From assembly GCA_964649245.1 (NCBI GenBank), contig CAZYOS010000002.1, forward strand, positions 1 to 55,132: a stretch of 55,132 nucleotides of DNA, in the 5' to 3' direction. Shown one piece after another: positions 25,063 through 32,311 of this stretch (positions within the stretch are counted from its first letter, which is position 1; the number at the start of each line of letters is the position of its first letter). Position numbers and translations under genes: made by a program. Source of the stretch: an uncultured Clostridium sp. GTDB lineage: Bacteria; Bacillota_I; Bacilli_A; RF39; UBA660. The notes under the pieces are model-generated. The model worked only from the letters and a program-made list of their open reading frames with translations, was not told where the DNA came from and did not search any database.

Positions 25063-26443
25063 AATCAACTGAATATACTTGAAAATAACCAGAAAACGAT
25101 TTGCCTTGATCAAAATTTTGATTTTCATTTAGACCTTTAACTTTAAAAGTAAAAGTATATTCTTGTGTTGAAGTTGGGCCTATTACAACTGTATCAGCAA
25201 TAAATGATGTATTTCTTGGTACCATAGTATAATCCTGTGAATAGCCTTCTCCTGTTGATTCAATCTTATATAGGAAATTATCACTAGTGAAAGTATAATT
25301 AGTAACTACCATTTCAATTTTATATCTTACATACTCTGAAGACCTGTTTGTAATTGTTATCTTCTTAGTTGCATATTTAGTAACATTACCAGTCTGATCT
25401 TCAGGAAACAAATTATCAATAACAATTTGTTTGGAATCAATAAAATCTATAATAAACTCTGCAGTTGCTATATCTGCTTGATTATTTCCTATCGCAGTGG
25501 AAGAACCAGTATTGTTTTCAATAACAGCTATATTTTTAACGCAATTAAGATCACAGACTCCATCTCCATCTGTATCACAATGAAGATTACATACTCCATT
25601 ATTATTTGTATCAAAATTCAAGTCAGCATTTCCATCATTGTCATTATCAATATACATGTTAGCCTTTCCATCACCATTTAAATCTATGTTGGTGTCTGGC
25701 CATCCATCCCCATTAACATCACAATTCAAATCACAGACTCCATCATTGTCTAAGTCTTGATTAATTAAATTAAAGTCTGCTTTTCCATCTCCAGTCGTAT
25801 CCACATTAAATACAGCTTTTTGATTTCCTTTATAATCAATATTTACATATGGTTTTTTTCCATCATTAGAAATATTAATATTTTCCTTATCATCTTTATC
25901 GGTATCAATATTTAAATCAGCAATTCCGTCATTATCTATATCTAAATTTAAATGTGCTATTGATAGGTATCTTAATGTGACATAAGTTGAACCAAGTGCA
26001 ATGAAAGTAAACAATCCAAGCAATATAATTATTAATATTAAACTTCCTTTTTTGTTTGTTTCGAAACTAAAGTTCATTTTATTGCCATCTTTAGTTACAA
26101 CTAATTTATATGGTAATCTTAAATTATTATCATCAGGATCACAACTTAATTTTAAACATTTAATGGCAAGCTTTCTTATTATTGAATAATCAATATCATC
26201 ATAATCTTTATAAAGGTCAGTTAAAACAAGAGCAAATACTCTAGACTGATCTTTTACATCTAGGCCTTCTAACTTATATAAATCAACAGTATTTGATTTA
26301 TATACATCGTCTAGAAATGAATCATCAATAATATATGAATCCGCAGTATTTTCTTTTTTAATTTCTGGTTGTTCAGTAGTAGCAGAATTTTGATTATCAG
26401 AAACTATTTCTTCGGAAATATTATTATTTTCTTCATTACTCAT
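25061..26443 (-). CDS. Bitopic membrane protein: cytoplasmic N-domain, TM, about nine Ca-binding DxDxDG (TSP type-3/dockerin-like) repeats, C-terminal TasA/CalY-like beta-sandwich
   Basis: The start is re-set to the ATG at 26443 (RBS AAAGGAG; MSNEENNN...). The TM helix is SLILIIILLGLFTFIALGSTYV. The repeats read DIDNDGIADLNIDTD...DVNGDGWPDTNIDLNGDGKANMYIDNDNDGNADLNFDTNNNGVCNLHCDTDGDGVCDLNC. The C-terminus reads KITITNRSSEYVRYKIEMVV...NENQNFDQGKSFSGYFQVYSVD. Confidence 0.65.
   Translation of the reverse strand: MSNEENNNISEEIVSDNQNSATTEQPEIKKENTADSYIIDDSFLDDVYKSNTVDLYKLEGLDVKDQSRVFALVLTDLYKDYDDIDYSIIRKLAIKCLKLSCDPDDNNLRLPYKLVVTKDGNKMNFSFETNKKGSLILIIILLGLFTFIALGSTYVTLRYLSIAHLNLDIDNDGIADLNIDTDKDDKENINISNDGKKPYVNIDYKGNQKAVFNVDTTGDGKADFNLINQDLDNDGVCDLNCDVNGDGWPDTNIDLNGDGKANMYIDNDNDGNADLNFDTNNNGVCNLHCDTDGDGVCDLNCVKNIAVIENNTGSSTAIGNNQADIATAEFIIDFIDSKQIVIDNLFPEDQTGNVTKYATKKITITNRSSEYVRYKIEMVVTNYTFTSDNFLYKIESTGEGYSQDYTMVPRNTSFIADTVVIGPTSTQEYTFTFKVKGLNENQNFDQGKSFSGYFQVYSVD
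25538..25948 (-). repeat. Coding tandem array of Asp/Asn/Gly-rich Ca-binding-loop repeats (period about 11-13 aa)
   Basis: The D-x-[DN]-x-D-G-x-x-D motif recurs about nine times. Paired Cys residues (GVCDLNC, GVCNLHC) resemble thrombospondin type-3 repeats. Confidence 0.7.
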
Positions 26444-26474
26444 TTTAACTCCTTTCATTTATTTCTGTATTTTA

Positions 26475-27569
26475 TTAAATATTATCACAAATCTTGTTAA
26501 TATAAAAATCATTTGCTTTTATAAACTTATCGTATATTTTAATAATATCTTCTTCTTTATTCTTTCTTTTCTTTATAGCAGATTTTATCTCACTCATTAT
26601 AAAAGTAGATAATTTTTTTTCAGATATATCAGATATATCTATATATTCTTCTAATAAAGCTAATATTTTTTCAGCAAGAGCATTGCCTGAAATATCTTCC
26701 CTATTTTCTTTTATATTCATACTTATATAATCTAAATAATATGTTAAATCAAATTTATTCTTAATATTTAAATTGCTTAGATTTTCTATTGTTGATGCCT
26801 TATATATAGGTTCCCCTATTTCACTATTCATTAAGAATTCCCATAATGTTAATGCTTTTTGAAAATTAGTATCCTTTAATATAATATTTGTCTTTCTAAT
26901 AGGAGATTTAACGGGTACTGCTTGAGACAAACTTTTAATAAAAATACTATTTTCAAAATCAGTTACAATATTTTGAAGGTTCACAATTCTTTCTTGCATT
27001 TCTTCTTTATTAAAATCTTTAGGCAATTCATTTTTTAAAGATTCAAAATTAACTGATATTTTAATGTTTTCGTTATTATATGATGATTCTCCATTATATT
27101 CTAATGAATTAATTATTTCAATATGAGGTTCTTCTAATTCCTTCTCAGTATATTTTCTAATAAATCTACCTAACTCTTTTATTAGTGTGTAGATAAATCT
27201 ATTCTCATATAAATCCCATGTTTCTTCTTTTTGAACATTTAATACTTTGGATGGTTTAATCATTCCATCTTTATCAATGTCTTGAATAAAATTAGTATGC
27301 TGTGCTAAATGTTGTATTGTTTCAGTGGATATTTTTTTTGATTTTTCTACTATAACTATATCTTCTTCTTGTTGAATAAAACGTCTAGGATTTCTAATAA
27401 TATTATCTAAATATGGAAGGGCTTCTTCTACAATTGGCATCCAACTAAAATCACGAGAAACAGTATCAGTTTTTCGACTATATTCTAGTTCGGAATTAGT
27501 TTTATCATTAAATAATTTAAAATCTTCAGCACTAATTTTACCAATTATTTCTGTAATTTTATCTGTCAT
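26475..27569 (-). CDS. DUF2357 / McrC-N-terminal-like partner of the McrB-like GTPase (paralog 2); no nuclease motif seen by eye
   Basis: RBS GGAGG. It carries the motifs NIIRNPRRFIQQEEDIVIVEKSKK, WDLYENRFIYTLIKEL and SPIRKTNIILKDTNFQKALTLWEFL. It is collinear with the 16216-17325 product. Confidence 0.5.
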   Translation of the reverse strand: MTDKITEIIGKISAEDFKLFNDKTNSELEYSRKTDTVSRDFSWMPIVEEALPYLDNIIRNPRRFIQQEEDIVIVEKSKKISTETIQHLAQHTNFIQDIDKDGMIKPSKVLNVQKEETWDLYENRFIYTLIKELGRFIRKYTEKELEEPHIEIINSLEYNGESSYNNENIKISVNFESLKNELPKDFNKEEMQERIVNLQNIVTDFENSIFIKSLSQAVPVKSPIRKTNIILKDTNFQKALTLWEFLMNSEIGEPIYKASTIENLSNLNIKNKFDLTYYLDYISMNIKENREDISGNALAEKILALLEEYIDISDISEKKLSTFIMSEIKSAIKKRKNKEEDIIKIYDKFIKANDFYINKICDNI

Positions 27570-27586
27570 CTATTCCTCCAATAACT

Positions 27587-29107
27587 TTATATATTTTTTT
27601 TAAGGTTTAATAAATATTTTACACACTCTTTCATATTTCCATCGCCAAATGTTTGGTTTAAGAAATCAATAAATCCATCAACTTCATTTCTTATATATGA
27701 CATATTTAGTTGTTCAAATTTTCTTAATATTTTGTGACATACCAAGTAATCAACAGCTACTATTTCACTACCACCACATGCAACATATACTGGAATAAAC
27801 TCTCTCATTTGTTGTAAAATACGATTACCAAAAGATAATCTGAAATGATCAATAACATAATCGTCCATTTTAGAAATTTTATCAAGAATATCTTGACTCA
27901 ATGGTTTAGATTTTTGTGCTTCATCAAATAATTGTTCTAAATATTCTGATGTAATATGAAGTTTTTCAGTTTTAGGGGCATCAAATTTTGGTGCTTTGTC
28001 ATTAATATCTATAGGTAAAGCACGATCATAAACTTTATCAGTTACCATGAATGTTGAATCATCATTATTTATTGTTCCTATATACCACATGTTTTTTGGT
28101 ATTTTAAACTTGCCATCAATAAGCTTTTTGGGATCGGTTGGCCAAGGATTAGCAACTAAATCAATAACCCACTCATTATAACTAGGCATTTCCATAATAG
28201 ACAACATCTCAGCAAAATAGTACTCAACACGGGCTATATTCATTTCATCTAAAATAGAAATATATATTTTATCATTATAAGATGCTTCATACATTTTACT
28301 TAATAATTCAGTTTCATTAAATTTTTTAGTAAATTCATTAAAATATCCAAATAATTCAGCTCTATCTCTCCATGACGGTTGAACAGGGGCTATTACAGAT
28401 TCATTATCTAAAAAACTACCTGCAGCATATGCAAGAGAAGTTTTACCTGTACCAGAAATACCTTGTAAAATTATCAATCTATTAGAAGCAAATGCAGAAA
28501 TAAATAATCTGATTAAATCAATATTATAAAAAAGCTTTAATTCAGATGCAGCATAATTTCTAAAAGAATCGCATAATTCATTCAATTTTATTGTGCTATT
28601 AGTTGGTTCTGGAACGTAATTTTCCCATTTTTCGTCAATTCTACTTAATTTATAAAATCTTTCATCATGCTCATGCTCTAATTCTTCAATTTCTTCTTTT
28701 TCTTTAATTTCTCCATTTTCATCAGTTGAAGGAATTTCACCATTCGCCATTGCTAAATATTTTTCATTTTCTTTTTTTAATTTTATATTTTCATAATTAA
28801 GATTTTCATTTTCTTCAAGAAGCATTTCATGTTCATGAGACTTTCTTCTGACTCTTACTATTCTTTTAAATATTTTAATAATAATAAATATTAATATAGC
28901 TACTAAAGCGACTAAACAAATAATAGCAAGAACAACTATAAATACTTTTGCCCCAGTTAAATCACTTTTGTATTTTCCTATAATATCTATATAATTAATT
29001 ACATTAAACATCTGTAATAATCCTTTAAAGACTCCTTCAAAAATGCCTATAAAGCCTTTAAAGAAAGGTGCTAGAAATTCTAAGAAAAATTTTTCCACAT
29101 TACCCAT
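27587..29107 (-). CDS. Membrane-anchored McrB-family AAA+ GTPase (paralog 2), 506 aa
   Basis: RBS GGAGG. The N-terminus MGNVEKFFLEFLAPFFKGFIGIF is followed by a TM helix (VFIVVLAIICLVALVAILIFIIIKIF-KRIVRVRRK) and a coiled coil. The AAA+ domain has Walker A LQGISGTGKTSL, ILDEMNIARVEYYFAEMLS and YIGTINNDDSTFMVTDKVYDRA. The AAA+ region is about 75% identical to paralog 1 by eye. Confidence 0.7.
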   Translation of the reverse strand: MGNVEKFFLEFLAPFFKGFIGIFEGVFKGLLQMFNVINYIDIIGKYKSDLTGAKVFIVVLAIICLVALVAILIFIIIKIFKRIVRVRRKSHEHEMLLEENENLNYENIKLKKENEKYLAMANGEIPSTDENGEIKEKEEIEELEHEHDERFYKLSRIDEKWENYVPEPTNSTIKLNELCDSFRNYAASELKLFYNIDLIRLFISAFASNRLIILQGISGTGKTSLAYAAGSFLDNESVIAPVQPSWRDRAELFGYFNEFTKKFNETELLSKMYEASYNDKIYISILDEMNIARVEYYFAEMLSIMEMPSYNEWVIDLVANPWPTDPKKLIDGKFKIPKNMWYIGTINNDDSTFMVTDKVYDRALPIDINDKAPKFDAPKTEKLHITSEYLEQLFDEAQKSKPLSQDILDKISKMDDYVIDHFRLSFGNRILQQMREFIPVYVACGGSEIVAVDYLVCHKILRKFEQLNMSYIRNEVDGFIDFLNQTFGDGNMKECVKYLLNLKKNI

Positions 29108-30242
29108 TATTTACCTCCATAAAATCTAATTTTGTAAAAATTAAATCATCCTCTTTGTATATTTTTTCATCACATTTTTTAATATACTTAATCTTTTTTG
29201 ATTCAATATTTTCTTTATATTTAGTAATATATTCTTCGTTTGCAATTAAAATAACATCATTACTAAATTTTATGTTACTTACATCTTCTAATTTATTACA
29301 ATCAATAAATATTTTAATACCATATGACATTATTTTATTTAATTCTTCACATTCTTCATATTCATCACTATCAATTATTAATGATATGTGACTACATATA
29401 TAACGGTTTTTTAAAGGTTTAATGAAAGTGGATATCATAGTTTTCTTTTTATAAAAATTCTTATTTACTTTAAAAGCCATACAAATTCTCTGATCATATA
29501 ATATGCATTTTAATAATGATACTATGGCTAATTCATAAGATATTAAAATAAATGTATTATCTATTCCTATCTTGTTATTAACTTTTTCAATATCGCTTTT
29601 TTGAAATGTTTTTATATCATCTAATATATAATTATATTTTACCTGATACAATCTATTATTTTCATTTAATAATAAGTAGTCATTATAGGAACTATTATTA
29701 ATAGATTTCCTTAAATATGATCTTAATCTCTTATCATCCTTTGTATTTGTTTTAACTAAATCCAATAACTTATTCATATGTATTTTAGTCTTGTCATCTT
29801 TTTTATAAATAAAATTTTGTGATACTTTTCCCGCAATACTAATAATAAAATCTGATTTATTAGGTACAATAACAATAGCATCTCTTAATCTATTTATTAA
29901 AAAAGCAAAATAGATAATATATGATAAATATATTATCTCAATATTTTTATTTTTAATATCCAGTTTCTCTTTTTCATAATGTTCTATTACACATTGTAAT
30001 ATAATTTTAATATCATTATCTGTTTCAGAGTCAAACTTATAATGTTTATTTACTATACTATAATCATTAGAAAGCATCATATAATACTTGCTATAATAAA
30101 TATCTAATATCTTTTTTACAGTACTTAATTTACTAGGTATTATTACATCTAATTTGTATTGAAAAACAATTAATATTTCATTAATATAATCAACTAATTC
30201 AGACTTCTTTTTAGAAAAGTATTTATCTAATACACTAGTCAT
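29100..30242 (-). CDS. Cytoplasmic hypothetical protein (380 aa), paralog of 21460-22659, translationally coupled to the McrB-like gene
   Basis: RBS AAGGAG. There is no TM or signal. An 8-nt overlap joins it to the downstream McrB-like gene. The C-terminal part (GIKIFIDCNKLEDVSNIKFSNDVILIAN) is loosely reminiscent of a degenerate EAL/TIM-barrel segment, but this is very uncertain. Confidence 0.55.
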   Translation of the reverse strand: MTSVLDKYFSKKKSELVDYINEILIVFQYKLDVIIPSKLSTVKKILDIYYSKYYMMLSNDYSIVNKHYKFDSETDNDIKIILQCVIEHYEKEKLDIKNKNIEIIYLSYIIYFAFLINRLRDAIVIVPNKSDFIISIAGKVSQNFIYKKDDKTKIHMNKLLDLVKTNTKDDKRLRSYLRKSINNSSYNDYLLLNENNRLYQVKYNYILDDIKTFQKSDIEKVNNKIGIDNTFILISYELAIVSLLKCILYDQRICMAFKVNKNFYKKKTMISTFIKPLKNRYICSHISLIIDSDEYEECEELNKIMSYGIKIFIDCNKLEDVSNIKFSNDVILIANEEYITKYKENIESKKIKYIKKCDEKIYKEDDLIFTKLDFMEVNNG

Positions 30243-30267
30243 ATATTCTCCTTATTATTCTTTATTA

Positions 30268-30296
30268 AGTATATCAAACAATGAAATTAAATGCAA
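30268..30296 (-). promoter_or_regulatory. SigmaA-like promoter with extended -10 (TTGCAT-17-TGaTATACT)
   Basis: The -35 TTGCAT is at 30296-30291, the spacer is 17 nt, and TGa plus TATACT is at 30276-30268. It follows the sipW-3 hairpin immediately. Confidence 0.45.
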
Positions 30297-30310
30297 TATT
30301 TTATAAAATA

Positions 30311-30330
30311 AAAGATAGTTGCCTATCTTT
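30311..30330 (-). terminator. AT-rich hairpin plus U-rich tail abutting the sipW-3 stop codon
   Basis: On the minus strand AAAGATAG-GCAA-CTATCTTT is followed by TATTTTAT. Confidence 0.4.
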
Positions 30331-30950
30331 TATATATTTCCATTTTTATTTCTTAAACTTAACATTTTATTTTTCAAAAGTAATAGTTTTAATATCTTAT
30401 AAATATCATAAGATATAATTGCAAGTGATGGTATCATAACAGCTATAATCCAGCCGCCCTTACTAGCTAAAAAGAACTGCAATCTTCCAAGTTGAGGAAA
30501 AACTGCTACCACTTTACCAACTACATTATCAGGAGATACTTTTTCATTATCTGCTTTTTGATTAGCATCTCCTTTAGTTTGAAAAACCAGTCCTCCTAAA
30601 TCAGGAACATTCAGTACATCTGCTACTCTATGCGTAATCGGAGTACCCCCAAAAAAATCATTTGTAGAAAAGAAAGTAATAACATCTCCTACTTTTATTT
30701 TAGAAGGATCATCTTGCCTATATGTTAACACTACATCATATACTGCTATATTCGGTGTCATACTTGGACTAATTATAGTATACAATCCAACTAGTGGCTT
30801 GTGTCCTTTTGCTTCTGCAGCCTTTCCTGATACGACATAAAATACAAGAAATAATCCTATTATAACTAAAAGCCCTACAATAAAGTATCCAACTGTTTTA
30901 GAAATAATATTTAGTATTTTTTTAATTTTTTCTTTTTTTGTTAGTTCCAT
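30330..30950 (-). CDS. sipW: Archaeal/ER-type signal peptidase I (SipW-like) paralog 3
   Basis: RBS AGGTGA. It has an N-terminal TM helix, the Ser box IISPSMTPNIAVYDVVL, the His box TPITHRV, box E TKGDANQKAD and a C-terminal TM helix. Confidence 0.8.
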   Translation of the reverse strand: MELTKKEKIKKILNIISKTVGYFIVGLLVIIGLFLVFYVVSGKAAEAKGHKPLVGLYTIISPSMTPNIAVYDVVLTYRQDDPSKIKVGDVITFFSTNDFFGGTPITHRVADVLNVPDLGGLVFQTKGDANQKADNEKVSPDNVVGKVVAVFPQLGRLQFFLASKGGWIIAVMIPSLAIISYDIYKILKLLLLKNKMLSLRNKNGNI

Positions 30951-30957
30951 AATTCAC

Positions 30958-31491
30958 CTAATCTATCGCCTTTTCCAAAGTAATCATTCCATCAAATATC
31001 CCACTACTTTTTTCACCAGTATACTTGATATTTAAAGTATAATAGTGTACTTCATCAGGTGATATTTTTCCAGTACCAAGTGTAGTGCTTTCAGCAGGCA
31101 TATTTCTATTAGATATGTTAATGACTGTATCATTTGAATCCTTGGTTTTAGTATAACAAGATAAAGAATAAGTAAAATCATCATTTTCACCATCAAAAGC
31201 TTTAGAATTTACATCGAATAACAATTTATAATTAGCACTATATTCATAAGAATTATTACTAATAGAAAAATCATAATTATAATCTGTATTAGGCTCTAGA
31301 CCATTAAAAATTATTTTATTAGAACTATTATAACTAATTAATAAACTTACTTTTTTAACAACAATGTTTATATTATTTTCTTTTTCATTTTTCGTTTTAT
31401 AATAATTATAAATTATTCCAGAAGTCATAGTTATTAAAACAAGTAATATTATAACAAAAATTATCATTAACCTTTTACTATCATTTTTCAT
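30958..31491 (-). CDS. Small membrane-anchored TasA/CalY-like beta-sandwich protein (no AWF cleavage motif)
   Basis: RBS GGAGA. The TM helix is LMIIFVIILLVLITMTSGIIY. Further motifs are YDFSISNNSYEYSANYKLLFDV and the C-terminal HYYTLNIKYTGEKSSGIFDGMITLEKA. Confidence 0.5.
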   Translation of the reverse strand: MKNDSKRLMIIFVIILLVLITMTSGIIYNYYKTKNEKENNINIVVKKVSLLISYNSSNKIIFNGLEPNTDYNYDFSISNNSYEYSANYKLLFDVNSKAFDGENDDFTYSLSCYTKTKDSNDTVINISNRNMPAESTTLGTGKISPDEVHYYTLNIKYTGEKSSGIFDGMITLEKAID

Positions 31492-31509
31492 TCTATCTCC
31501 ATATAATAT

Positions 31510-31538
31510 ATAATATCAAAAATAATATAATTATTCAA
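31510..31538 (-). promoter_or_regulatory. Possible internal promoter (TTGAAT-17-TGaTATTAT)
   Basis: Hexamers with a 17-nt spacer and an extended -10 TG lie between the terminator and the 177-aa gene. The AT-rich context and very short leader lower confidence. Confidence 0.3.
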
Positions 31539-31545
31539 TAAATAT

Positions 31546-31569
31546 AAAAAAAGTAGACATTTGTCTACT
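31546..31569 (-). terminator. Intrinsic terminator after the 216-aa TasA-like gene
   Basis: On the minus strand AGTAGAC-AAAT-GTCTACT is followed by TTTTTTATAT. It is preceded by two further hairpins (TTCAAC..GTTGAA and the GC-rich palindrome TATGTGCGCGCATATA). Confidence 0.6.
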
Positions 31570-31636
31570 TGTGTTTACAATTATATATGCGCGCACATAT
31601 TCAACGGATAGAGTTGAATAACATACAATATAATTA

Positions 31637-32287
31637 TTAAGATCCTGAAGTAACAGTAACACGTAATCTACCAAGGAATGCTTTTCCTTGAGCAGCATTT
31701 TGATCAGAATTATCATCCTTAAACTTAATAGTGTAAGTATACTTGTGAACTGATACTCCTGTTATTGTTCCACGATGTGCAGCTGTTAATTCATTATTAG
31801 TTCCAACTAATGGTACTGGGACAAAATCAGCTGATGAACCAGTTCCGGTAAATGCAGCAACATCACCAGTCAAGAATGTTGAACCAGTTGCAGTATATTC
31901 TATCTTATTAGTAAACCAATCACCAGATGTACCTGTTGCGCCTTGAGATGTATTAACTAGTGCAGATAAAGTATTAGTAGTAACATCTAACCAAATAGTA
32001 TAAATAATATTACTTGAAAGATTTGATGTACTGTTAGATATAGTAAATGTTTTAGTTGCTATATTCCCTGTCTCACCTTCAGGTCTAATATTTGATAAAT
32101 TAATAGTATCGCCATCTTCAAAAGTAATGCTACCTAAAACAGCAGTTGTTACTATAATACTTGATGCGTTATCATTTCCAGAAACAGTAACAGAGAACCA
32201 CGCAAATGTAGCACCTATGATTGCAACTAGTAATGTGGCAATTCCTATAACTGATAAAAATATCGTTTGACCCTTGTTATTATCCAT
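31637..32287 (-). CDS. TasA/CalY-like secreted protein (216 aa), SipW-type signal; candidate major fibre subunit
   Basis: Very strong RBS AAAGGAGG with its own promoter and terminator. The signal is ...LLVAIIGATFAWFSVTVSG. The protein is Thr/Ser/Gly-rich. Further motifs are KTFTISNSTSNLSSNIIYTIWLDV and the C-terminal DQNAAQGKAFLGRLRVTVTS (compare TasA NKYQGNSIKLQFSFEATQ). Confidence 0.6.
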   Translation of the reverse strand: MDNNKGQTIFLSVIGIATLLVAIIGATFAWFSVTVSGNDNASSIIVTTAVLGSITFEDGDTINLSNIRPEGETGNIATKTFTISNSTSNLSSNIIYTIWLDVTTNTLSALVNTSQGATGTSGDWFTNKIEYTATGSTFLTGDVAAFTGTGSSADFVPVPLVGTNNELTAAHRGTITGVSVHKYTYTIKFKDDNSDQNAAQGKAFLGRLRVTVTSGS

Positions 32288-32311
32288 AACTCTTCCTCCT
32301 TTACTATATTA

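Noticed and set aside
31531-31716. 61-aa minus-strand ORF spanning the intergenic region after the 216-aa gene
   Set aside because: It overlaps the 3' end of the 216-aa gene out of frame. It runs through the hairpin/terminator region and has no RBS.
13410-32287. Interpreting the AWF-signal proteins as type IV pilins or sortase-assembled pilins
   Set aside because: There is no G|F-T-L-I-E prepilin motif, prepilin peptidase, PilB/PilT ATPase or PilC. There is also no LPXTG/CWSS motif or sortase in the window. The signals instead end in [ST][YF]AW[FLM] and sit next to SipW-type peptidases.
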